DNA of 63,117 nucleotides, counting the filler, from Octopus bimaculoides (taxonomy: Eukaryota): NCBI RefSeq assembly GCF_001194135.2. It is 9 parts of 7 records of this genome, joined end to end, with 100 filler letters (N's around TTAATTAATTAA, not from the genome) between each part and the next. Parts side by side here need not be neighbours in the genome. Positions count along the whole stretch, not along the records: positions 50,433 to 53,563 come from NC_068981.1; positions 53,664 to 57,602 come from NW_026407912.1; positions 57,703 to 61,053 come from NC_068981.1; positions 61,154 to 63,117 come from NC_068984.1; 5 more parts are not named here. One strand, 5' to 3'. A program made the translations under genes and the position numbers. Below are positions 50,580 to 61,486 of this stretch, one piece after another; the first letter of the stretch is position 1, and each line of letters opens with the position of its first letter. Under the pieces are notes generated by a model. It was not told the DNA's origin, did not search any database, and was given only the letters and a program-made list of their open reading frames with translations.

Positions 50580-50972
50580 ATAAAGTTGTTGTATATTGTC
50601 AACTTAATGTGACAATCCCAATAAGGGAATATACTACTGCTGTTTAGTCCTAGGAAGCTGGTCCGCTTCCTGTCGGCCTTGACACAATTACTGTGTCCTT
50701 ATGTTTGCGAGGGGGGGGGGGGACAAACTCCTCCACCCAGCCTAGCCAGCATTCAGGGACATGTTTCTGAGTCTCTGCTCGTCATCAGCCTGATGTAGCA
50801 TGACTAGCTGTCTGAAGAAGCTTGTCAACCTTTCGCAAACATATACTATTTCAGTGAAACACATTCTTGTCAAGGCCGACAGGAAGCGGTCCAGCTTCCT
50901 AGGGCTAAACAGCAGTAGTATATTCCCTTATTGGGATTGTCACATTAAGGTGACAATATACAACAACTTTAT
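50580..50972. mobile_element. 393-bp element with 105-bp inverted arms (about 102/105 matching) around a 183-bp core
   Basis: 50580-50684 (ataaagttgttgtatattgtc...cggccttgaca) is the reverse complement of 50868-50972 with three mismatches. Confidence 0.92.
50750..50795 (-). ncRNA. Minimal type I hammerhead ribozyme (PLE-type)
   Basis: Minus strand caucagg-CUGAUGA-c-gag-cagaga-cuc-a-GAAA-cau-GUC-ccugaaug. The core is intact, helix I has 7 bp with a 1-nt bulge, helix III is the palindrome ACAUGU, and the cleavage triplet is GUC. Confidence 0.8.
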
Positions 50973-52137
50973 ATATTTATATACATATATATAATCGTTA
51001 TCGGTTGCACATACGTAGTGTATTTTTTGTTTAAACGCCCATTTGCTGCGGGATAGCGTCGAGGAAAGCTCCTTACACGACGCCGAATGTCAAAGAACAC
51101 CGAGTGTCCTAGATCAGGTGAGACAACTCGCCCCTAAGTGATCGAGAACGGAAGATACCGATATTTCGTCAGTACCATGTACTCGGATCACCTCGAAACG
51201 AAGTGGATCGTTGGTCTGGGACTTATATGCAAATAAAGTGTATTTGGTGATGTGCTGCGGCGCAGCATATGTGAAAGAAAAGGAAATTACGAATTACAAG
51301 TCTCGTAATGTAAATATTATCAGTCACATATACATAGTGTATGCGTTTTGTTTAAAGGACCATTTGCTGCCGGATAGTGTATGTATGTATGTATGTATGT
51401 ATGTATGTATGTATGTATGTATGTACATATATATATATATAAGGATACACACCATAAAAAAACAGAATGGACTAAACAGACCAGGAGGAGACACGTGGGA
51501 TGGAAGGTCACTGAAGAGGTCACAGGTGTGTGACAAAAGATTTCCAAACAATGAACATAAAATAAGAACAATAATTAACAAGTGAAGAACGAATATATAG
51601 TGCGTGTGTTTATTTGGCCAGAAAAAAAATAACCGTCCCGAAATATAACGATATATATATATACCGTTGCTATTATGCAAAAATGTTGTAAGTCCAAGAC
51701 GGGGCTTTTTCAGAAAGCGAAAAATTTAGTTCCACCATTCCATAACAAAATCTTTGTACTAAACTTCGACAATTTTTGATATCCTGACATATGAAGCAGT
51801 TGGAAATACGATAGTTTCACCAAAAGAAGTGGCTATTGCAAGTAAAAATAAATATTAAAAAAACCGTATTTGGCAAAATTTGGGCATACGACAGTTTAAC
51901 ATAATAGCAACGATATAATGTATTTTCTTCTAGTATTTTCGTATCTACTTTCATTTTATGGTGTGTGATGTAATGTACAACAGTTCAATATCACAAGCGC
52001 TTAACGATCCTACGAGAGACTGTTGTACTGATCTGTCCAATATAACATTTAGTGTCCTAAAATTTGCAACTTTCAGTTTTACAATCAATTTTATGAATCG
52101 CATTCATCATCATTCATTTCTGACATGTTGTTGATTA

Positions 52138-52168
<31 letters not shown>

Positions 52169-52620
52169 NNNNNNNNNNNNNNNNNNNNNNNNNNNNNNNN
52201 NNNNNNNNNNNNNNNNNNNNNNNNNNNNNNNNNNNNNNNNNNNNNNNNNNNNNNNNNNNNNNNNNNNNNNNNNNNNNNNNNNNNNNNNNNNNNNNNNNNN
52301 NNNNNNNNNNNNNNNNNNNNNNNNNNNNNNNNNNNNNNNNNNNNNNNNNNNNNNNNNNNNNNNNNNNNNNNNNNNNNNNNNNNNNNNNNNNNNNNNNNNN
52401 NNNNNNNNNNNNNNNNNNNNNNNNNNNNNNNNNNNNNNNNNNNNNNNNNNNNNNNNNNNNNNNNNNNNNNNNNNNNNNNNNNNNNNNNNNNNNNNNNNNN
52501 NNNNNNNNNNNNNNNNNNNNNNNNNNNNNNNNNNNNGCCATAGGCACTGCCCTTCCTTCTGATTAAGAAAAAAAAAGATAAAATAAGAGTCCAATAGAGT
52601 ATCAGTAAAATATACTTCGT

Positions 52621-52940
52621 GGAGGTGCAATGGCCCAGTGGTTAGGGCAGCGGACTCGCGGTCGGAGGATCGTGGTTTCGATTCCCAAACCGGGAGTTGT
52701 GTGTGTTTATTGGGCGAAAACACCTAAAGAGCTCCACGAGGCTCCGGCAAGGGGTGGTGGCGACCCCTGTTGTACTCTTTCACCCCAACTTTCTCTCACT
52801 CTTTCTTCCTGTTTCTTGAGTAACTCTGCGATGGACTGGCGTCCCGTCCAACTGGGGAACACATACGCCATAGAAACCGGGAAACCGGGCCCATGAGCCT
52901 GGCTAGGCTTTGAAAGGGCGCATAAATAAATAAATAAATA
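52621..52940 (+). mobile_element. Full-length tRNA-derived SINE family C with (TAAA)n tail and TSD
   Basis: A-box TGGCCCAGTGG, B-box-like GGTTTCGATTCCC and gcgatggactggcgtcccgtcca (V/Meta-SINE-like core). The imperfect 14-bp TSD is aaaatatacttcgt / aaaacatacttcat. Confidence 0.9.
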
Positions 52941-54034
52941 AAAACATACTTCATTACTACTATATGTTTATCAGTTGGGCCTTATCCTTCCTTGTATTTC
53001 AGAATGTATGAAGGCTAAGACAGCAAATCCAAACATCTTTGTAGCTTCCTGTATTTCGGAGATCAAATATGCAAATCTGTAACACTGTGTCCTACTGTTT
53101 TTTTTTTTTGAGACATGTCAGACGAATGTGTTCGATATTGAATTTCATCCCATACATTCTCAAACATGATAGCTTCAAAATATGACAAGACAGCTTTCTT
53201 ACTCCCTTGTGCCATCACCGTTTGATATATATAATCCATGTAAGCAGTGTGTGTGTGCATGCGTGTGTGAAGAGAGAGAAAGAGAGAGAAGGAGGGAGCT
53301 AGGTAGATAGATATAGATATAGAAATAGATTAAGATAGATAAATAGATAGATAGATAGACAGATAGATAGATAGATAGATAGATAGATGGATTTTGCTAT
53401 GGCTCATTCCACCTGTGTATATTTTGAATAAACCAGAACTCCATGATAAGGTGGTTTATTCAAAATAAAAATCGGTAGATTTTTTTTCTCTGTAATTTCC
53501 TTTTGAAATCCATTACAATGTGTGCCTGATTGAGTCTTAGCGATTCCAATATTCCATCAATAGNNNNNNNNNNNNNNNNNNNNNNNNNNNNNNNNNNNNN
53601 NNNNNNNTTAATTAATTAANNNNNNNNNNNNNNNNNNNNNNNNNNNNNNNNNNNNNNNNNNNNATTAAGTGAAAATTTTCAAATTTGGTATATTGATGTA
53701 CTTTTTCACACTGGATCCGAAGTTGTAATTCATCTATTGCAGAAAATTTGTCAATGTTTGATCCTTTTAATCGAATAAGAAAGGATGATTTGTGCGTAAT
53801 AATCGTGATAAATAAAAGTAAATATTAGAAGATAAAGATTTAAACAAAAGGAAAGCAATGATTAGGAGATAATACATATGAAGAGAGCGAGAGAGAGAGA
53901 GAGAATGGGGGAGAGAGAGGTGGGGCAAATAATAGAGAGAGCTAAATTTATGGTGACAGATAATGAGTAGGAAAGTTGTCAATCGAAAAACTGAATTATT
54001 TCTCGTAGCAAATTATATTTTATTATTATTATTA

Positions 54035-54540
54035 TTGAGCGAGAGAGCAGCTCATGCCATCAAAGTGACACTGGGGTAAAATATACGAAGCCCAGTATAC
54101 CCATCATGACTGCCCGTCTAATAAGGGTACACTAGGCACATGCATCACAGCCATATGTGCGCAACATAGAGGTCTCATATGAAGATAAACAGCGCATGAC
54201 CTTGCAGGTGAGGCCCAGTTAGAATATTCTTCAGGTCGAGTAGCCCATCCCGCTCAAAAGGTCCCCGAATAAGGTTTGTTTAAGGATGTTGAGCAAAACA
54301 CCCATGATTCCAAAGGTGAATTATTCAAACCCCAAAGAATTCCTCTCAACACATGGCTATGATGCTCCCCCACTACTTCTGCTCATGATCAGAGATGCAC
54401 ATATCGTCAGCCACCAAGGGACATGCTCAACAGGTTAAGGTCAAACAACTGACAAGCAAATCTGTGGTATTAAGCAGAATATTTGCTGTAGCCCATCTTT
54501 TATACCAAGACAAAACAATGTACAGGATAACACTTCCAAT
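54035..54540 (+). repeat. Interspersed repeat (class undetermined)
   Basis: Contains the segment present inverted at 15020-15150. Confidence 0.7.
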
Positions 54541-55384
54541 CCACGTGCACATATACATACATGCATAACCACATGCATAACCACGTGCACATATACATAC
54601 ATACATACATGTGTGTGTGTGTGTGTATGCGACAAAATTTCCCTTAACCAGAAATTAAAAGAGTATAATCAATGTATAATATAATATATACAACAAAACT
54701 ACCATGAATGAAGAAACTATGAACTCCCAAACAAATTCAACGCTTCGAGATTTAAAATTTCAGTGGACAACTTAGAACTTCGAGAACACAAGATACAAAA
54801 GACTCACAGTCAACAGATACATCAAACGTATGCATACAACAGCTACTTAACGGCTATCATTGTTGTTTCGACACTTGGGCAATACCACTCAATAAAGTTT
54901 TCAAATCTGAGCACAACACTACACATTTGATGCCAGAGTACAATCAACAGGCAGACAGATACGCAAATACTTTTGCTGATGCTTTATATTCTCTTGGTAT
55001 CAGGAAGGCTGTAGGTCAAGTTGACCTAGGCTGTAGCAAATGTTTCTTTTTTCGATAATATTGACATCTGATTTTATGACAATACTTGACAACAATAAAA
55101 AGCGAGGAATAATTAGTTACTCATATATAAATAACAAAAGAGTATGAAATCCGTGAGAAAAAAAAAACGCCTGATGGGGAAAGCTTTGCGCCATTTAAAA
55201 AGAAACTTAAAATACATAGTGCAAAAATAATCACACCTGAATATATAATGGAATATCTAATGGGGTGTTAAAATATTGAATAACTGAGAAATTCTAGAAA
55301 AATTAAATAAATTCCTTAAAATCAAACTTTCGTAGAAAGCTTGACCCTGGCAGAAAAATATTTGAATAAATTTTTTAAATGCTT

Positions 55385-55500
55385 AGGTGCAGACATGTGT
55401 CTACGGTTTAGGGAGCTCGCTTTTCAGCCGCGTCGTTTTCGGTTGTCCCACTGGGTGGCACCTTGGACAAGTGTCTTCAACTGTAGCTCGAATCGAACAA
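55385..55500 (+). mobile_element. SINE family A-like 5' remnant
   Basis: ggtgcag.catg...gtcccactgggtggcaccttggacaagtgtcttc.actgtagc. Confidence 0.55.
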
Positions 55501-56076
55501 TGCTATTATTTATAGAAAACGAATATGGTTTAGGATTTATACATGTAATATTTATCTGGTGAGAGTGAACCTAAGTTATATAACTAATTGTGTCAGTAAT
55601 CATTTTGAAAAGCTGGGCTTCACAAAACCAGAAAGAACATGAATAATTATGAAATTATAATTACAGGCCATAAATGAAATTGTAACTACATATAAAATAT
55701 TCTAGACGTTTCGCCAATGGCATGTCGCTTAAACATCAGCAATTCTTGTAGATGTGATCTTTGGTTATTTTCACCGATGATTGAGAGGAATTTTCTACAA
55801 GGCTTATTTTTATTTATTCTTATCTAATTTTAGCAGAAATCTTAGTTCTAACAGAAAAATAATAAAAGCTTCTAGCAAGTTTCTCTTGGAATATGTATTT
55901 ATCTGATTTGCCAATTTTACTCAATTATCTGCCGTGTTTATGACGTCTAATATTAGTTTGTATGAGGATTAGATAAAAAAGAAAAAATCCTATATTTTTG
56001 TGAAGTTAAAAATAAGAGTATGTTGAAGAAATGTGTTAAGATATAAAGTGTTGTCTCAAAATATTGAATCATTATT

Positions 56077-56275
56077 AAGGCGGCGAGCTGGCAGAATCGT
56101 TTGCGCACTGGACGAAATACTTAGCGGTATTTAGCCCGTCGCTACGTTCTGAGTTCGAATTCCGCCGAGGTCGATTTTGGCTTTCATCCTTTCGGGGTCG
56201 GTAAATTAAGTATCGGTGTAATCTACTAGTCCCCTCCCACCAAATTTCAGGCCTTGTGCCTATAGTAGAAAATAT
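56077..56275 (+). mobile_element. SINE family B
   Basis: aaggcggcgagctggcagaatcgtt...gagttcgaattccgccgagg...ggccttgtgcc. Confidence 0.9.
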
Positions 56276-56279
56276 TATC

Positions 56280-56490
56280 AAGGTGGAGAGCTGACAGAAT
56301 CGTCAACACTCCGCGGAAAACGCTGAGCAGCATTTTGTCTGTTTTTACGTTCCGAGTCTAAATTCCATCGAGATCGACTTTCATCCTTTTGGGGTCGATA
56401 AAATAAGTACCAGTTCAACACTGGGATCTATGTAACTGACTTATCTCACCCCCGAAATCGTCGGCCTTTTGTCAAAGTTTGAAATCAATA
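56280..56490 (+). mobile_element. SINE family B, tandem copy
   Basis: aaggtggagagctgacagaatcgt...ggggtcgataaaataagtaccagtt...tttgaaatc. Confidence 0.85.
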
Positions 56491-56519
56491 TCTTGAATCA
56501 TAAATAAAGTATGTTATGT

Positions 56520-57110
56520 CTAGAGGCATAAGGATGATAGCTACGTCATAAAACGTGAATATGAAAGAATAGTCTGTCATATCTTAAGTCGTAAATGCAA
56601 ATATCATAAATATAATTTGCCATGTTCAGAGACATAAAGAGGACAGCGATATCATTAGACAAATATGATAAAGACAAGTCATAATTTAAGTCGTAAATGT
56701 AAGTCCTGACATAAACGTAATTGCGACAGTGATATGATAAAGATGACAATCATAAAAATATCTCGAGACACAGAGGTGATTGCGATGTCATAAGTCATAA
56801 ATATGATAAATCACAGCTGTAACACTTCTGACTTCGAACATAATTGAGACATCGATATCATAAAGACAACGGTCATAACTTAAATCATGGATGTAAGTCA
56901 TGACTTAAAACGTAATTGTGACACTGACATCAGAAGACAGTGTTTCTCTAAATAAAAGAAGCCATGTGATAAAACATAAATATGATAAGGCATGTCATAT
57001 TCAACGATATAGAGACGACAGTCACAACATAAAACACAAATATGATAATAAATGTCATATCTAAAAGCATAGAGACGACAGCCATAACTTAAAACATAAA
57101 ATGTAGCAGT
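56520..57110. repeat. Degenerate (cryptic) tandem array
   Basis: Recurrent aaatatgataa, gtcataa and gagacgacag motifs; ~60-70-bp units are seen twice each. Confidence 0.7.
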
Positions 57111-57714
57111 CAAACCTTGAGGTACAAAGAAAATGTATAGGTAAGCTACCGCTAGATGACACTAGTAATCCAATAACATTCTCCCTAACTTATCCCAAAT
57201 CAAGGATTTTATTCCAGTTTTGGTTGAATTATTACTCGTAAATGAATACTAAGTGTCTAGTGTGTGTGTGTGTGTGTGTGCGTGTGTGCGTGTGCGTGCG
57301 TGTGTGTGTGAAGCATGCAAATTAGAGTGTTGTACCTAGAAGGGAAAAGAATACTTATTTTTGCTTGCAATAGCCGGTTCTTTTGATCAAACTATCGTAT
57401 CTCCACCTGCTTCAGGTACCAAGATATCAAAAATTCTCGAAGTGTAGTACAACGGTTTTGCTATGGAATGGTGAAACTGTTTTTTCGTTTACTGAAAAAC
57501 CAACATGTTGGACTTCCGACAATTTTGCAAAATAGCAACGATATACATACAAACATACAAACATTCATACATACATACATACATACATACATACATACAT
57601 ACNNNNNNNNNNNNNNNNNNNNNNNNNNNNNNNNNNNNNNNNNNNNTTAATTAATTAANNNNNNNNNNNNNNNNNNNNNNNNNNNNNNNNNNNNNNNNNN
57701 NNTTCTGAGATGTA

Positions 57715-59023
57715 TTGGGTCATCCCATAAATAATGCGTTTTTTTTTAATTTCTTTTATTTTTCAAAATTAAGATAAACAAAGTTCTTTTTTAATCTAAA
57801 ATATATTCTCCTTCATTTTCTACAATGCTCTTCCATCAACTTGCTATAAAAGCAGGTAATAATTTTACCCTGTCCTTATTCTTAGTGCAAGTCTTGAAGA
57901 GTGCAGTTCGATTTTAACAGTTATTTTTTCAAAGCTATAATGAAAGTGACAAAGGAGCGTATTCAGCATATTTTGCTTTATGTGTTCAATAAAGACAATA
58001 ATGCAACGGAAAGTGCAAGGAATATTAATGCAGTATATAGGAATCGGACAATAAGCGTAAGCCAGTGTCAATGGTAGTTCCAGAAATTCTGAGCCAGAAA
58101 CTACAGTCTTGAAGACGAGTCTCATCCTGGAAGATTTGTAGAGCTCGATGAGGACTTCCTGCAAAGCCTGGTGGAATAAAATCCCATCGTAACTATTGAA
58201 GAACTAGCAGAGAAGCTTGGATTTGGTCATTCAACCATTCATCAACCCTGCATACCATTGCAAAAGTCAGCGAATTGGGTCAATGGGTTCCTTACAAACT
58301 TTTCAAGTCTAATTGCATGCAGACAGTGAATGTGTGATCTTTTTTGATGTCACAAATGAACCTTTTTTGGACCAAATAGTGACTGGTGATGAGAAATAGA
58401 TTCTCTATAAAAATATCAAGCACTGAAGACAGTGTGTAGGGAAAGGAGAAAGACTGGTACCCCAGGCTAAAGAAGGCCTTCACCCATGTAAAGTGTTGTT
58501 ATCTGTTTGGTGGGACATGAAAGGTTTAGTCCACTTTGAACTTTTAAACCCAAACCAAACGATAACAAAGGAGATCTACTGTGAGCAGCTCAAGCGGCTT
58601 AAGTCAGTGCTAGAAAAAAACGACCATCTTTGGTTTCAAGATGCAAGGTGTTCTTCCATCAAGATAATGTTGAAGCGAGCATGACATTTTAAAGGCTGGA
58701 GCAGTTTGAATGGGAAACGATGCCCCATCCACCATATTTGCTGGACATTGTCCCATCTGATTATCATTTATTCCACAGTCTTCAAAACCATTTGGATGGA
58801 AAAAAATATGAATTCTGTAGACTAGGTCAGAACAGTACTGGAGGAGTATTTTTGTCATGGACTGGTGAATTTTAGAAGAGGGGCCTTGCAAGTCTACCAG
58901 ATAGATGGAAGAGCATTGTAGAAAATGAAGGAGAGTATAGTTTAGATTTTAAAAAAACTTTGTTTATCTTAATTTTGAAAAATAAAAGAAGTAAAAAAAC
59001 GCATTATTTATGGGATAATCCAA
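57715..59023 (+). mobile_element. Full-length (1309 bp) decayed mariner, Hsmar1/cecropia-like, with ~120-bp TIRs
   Basis: TA at 57713-57714 and 59024-59025. TIRs span 57715-57837 and 58904-59023 and enclose a transposase remnant. Confidence 0.92.
57940..58950 (+). pseudogene. Mariner transposase (multiple stops and frameshifts)
   Basis: MKVTKERIQHILL...QCQW.FQKF...SLEDE..PGR...WVPYKL...IVTGDEK.I...LSVWWD.KG...HQDN...PHPPY..D..PSDYHLF...RW..IVENEGEY. Confidence 0.92.
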
Positions 59024-60239
59024 TACATCTCAGAATAACAGTAGACAGGCAGTCTGTTGTACTTTACTATTTGACCTATATACCATGAGTTTACTCAGCT
59101 AGAACTAATATGGGGTGACACAAGAATATATTGCTAGTTGTATACTGTGTGAATGTATAGCACATTGAGCAAATATCTTCTATTATAACTACATATGATT
59201 GTCACTGTCATACAAGCAGTGACATTCGTTTCTAATATTCTGCAAGAACATGTTCAGCCATGGAGAAGTATTACTGTACTTGGAAACAGGTGAGGGTCAA
59301 TCACAGGAAAGGATGTCTGGCTGTAGAAAATCTGTCTCAGTAAATTCCATTGGAAAAGTTGATGTTAAAATGATGGTGATCTGCAGTGATGGATCCTTCA
59401 TCATCACAGTTTTGTCAAAGAAGATAAGTTGGAGAATTAGAAAGTAGATTTTTTTCTTTTTTGACAAGTATTTTATGATTAGTTTAACCAGAACAATATT
59501 CCAAGTTATTTCATTATAGTGGATTACTGAGTTGCATTACATTTATTTCCATTTTTGAACAATTATTTATCTAAGTTGTATTGTTTAACATTATCACTTA
59601 GCCAAATCACCTGACTCATACAATATTAGATAACATTATTCTTACATTTAACTTTCATAGCTATGACTGTTCATTTGGGAAAAAATGCTAACATTTTTGA
59701 AAACTGTATTGTTGTGACAACCACTTTTTATTGTATTATATACAATAAAAATAGATTACAATAAATGGATTGAATTTATCATACAACTTTAAATAACATT
59801 GGGAAAATTTTTTTTATCTTTTGTTATTCCTTGTGTACTAACTGAAGTTTATAGGCACCATTTTAATGATATCATGATAGAGATCCTGAAACAAAGCACA
59901 AATCATCTGACATATCTATGTGCAGTTTCTATAAATCAAATTTCCTTTAGAAAGCTTAGGTTGACCTAGGTCTATAGTCAGGGCTGTATTTAGACCTAGT
60001 GGAGCTCCTGGGTCAATAGGTTTTGAGACCCCTGTAATTTTGTTAATTCAAAACATAACATGATAATAAAGAAGGCATTAAATTAAAGGGTACCAAACAG
60101 TTTGAAGAGGCCCCAAAACTTAAAATGACCTTGGTAGATTCAGGGGGACCCAGTTAAATTTAATGGTTTTTTAAATCTAAAAGGGCCCAATAAATCAAAA
60201 GAGGACTAAATATTTTTAAAAAAATAACTCTACTGGATC

Positions 60240-61053
60240 TCAGTATCACAGTTATAATTACTATATCAGCACAGACACAACTATCAACACAGTTTACACG
60301 TACTCTCAATTGTCTGACCTTCCCAACCTTCTGGTCTTGTCTATTTATAATGGCTGGCTACTACCACTTTTTACTGGGTTAGGTTTCACTATACAACATC
60401 TCCCCTTTTAATTTTGTTATGAACAATCAATTTCTTTTATTCACCCTACCTCCTCCTTTTTTTTATATACTCAGTATCATTTCTTCTTAGGGTCTACTCT
60501 TAGGAATTCAGTGTTCTTCCTTTTCCTTATATGTGTGGTTTCGCCTTCTCGTAATGGTGTTGGAACCTGAAAAGTGTCATATAACCAATTCATCAGTATT
60601 TCTACTCTTGTTGGTTCTTTTTCTATGACCCTTTCCTTAAGCTGATTTCTATGTCTCCTATCCATTCCATTTCTGCTTCTTACGCCATACATTATTCTTC
60701 CTATGTATGTTACAATTTCTCCTTCTTTCCAGTATTGCTTGCCATCTTTGTACATTCTTACATATACCTTATCACCGATTCTAAATAATTTTGGCATGTC
60801 TTCACAAGCACATATTTCTTTTTTGTTACTGGTAACAGTTTATCAAATACTAACTTCACCTTTCTGGCAAACATTAATTCTGCTGGTGAACTTCCTTTTG
60901 ATGCATTTGGGTTTGGAGTTATCCTGTATACCCTTAAGAATTGTTGGATCGCAACCTCATTCGTGGCTTCCTTATTAGCCTTCTTTAAAGCTCTCTTAAA
61001 AGTGTCCATGAACCATTCAGCTCTTCCATTCGATCTAGGATGATACAACGATG
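60240..61053 (-). mobile_element. Ty3/gypsy integrase C-terminus, polypurine tract and partial 3' LTR
   Basis: YHPRSNGRAEWFMDTFKRAL...FLRVYRITP...SPAELMFAR, then FRIGDKVYVR...W..G.I...RRHRNQLK. PPT aaaaggggaga (60399-60409) abuts TGTTG at the LTR start (60398). Confidence 0.9.
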
Positions 61054-61156
61054 NNNNNNNNNNNNNNNNNNNNNNNNNNNNNNNNNNNNNNNNNNNNTTA
61101 ATTAATTAANNNNNNNNNNNNNNNNNNNNNNNNNNNNNNNNNNNNNNNNNNNNTAT

Positions 61157-61436
61157 CTATGGACAACTGCTTCGAAACCTCCAGCTTCTATATCCAGACT
61201 ATTCATAACAATAATAATTGGACATTAGGTTTTGTTAGTAAAGGCTTAAAGGAGAATCTGGATAAACTGGGATTTTCAGAAAGAGGAATTGACCGGCTGA
61301 TTCGTACATTACAAGTGCAATCTGTGAGTGGAACTGTAAAAATATGCAAGACTTTTCTCAAGTTCCAAAGTATATGGAGCATTGTATCTTTGTTGGAAAC
61401 CGGTTCTCCCTCAGTGGAAGATTTATAGTAATTAAA
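61157..61436 (+). mobile_element. 3' end of an RLE-type (R4/Dong-like) LINE
   Basis: IYGQLLRNLQLLYPDY...IIIG.LGFVSKGLKENLDKLGFS...LQVQSVSGTVKICKTFLKF; homologous to 6744-6900. Confidence 0.6.
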
Positions 61437-61442
61437 AGATAG

Positions 61443-61486
<44 letters not shown>

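Noticed and set aside
50811-50850. Second, plus-strand hammerhead in the cassette loop (CTGAAGAagcttgtcaacc)
   Set aside because: GAAA is replaced by GCAAA and there is no helix I partner.
52621-52695. tRNA gene
   Set aside because: The A/B boxes lead into a SINE body with a (TAAA)n tail and TSD; no complete cloverleaf with a closing acceptor stem.
55700-55745. Minus-strand ggcGAAACGTC preceded by CTGATGT
   Set aside because: Core position A9 is not conserved and helix I cannot form; at most a hammerhead half-remnant.
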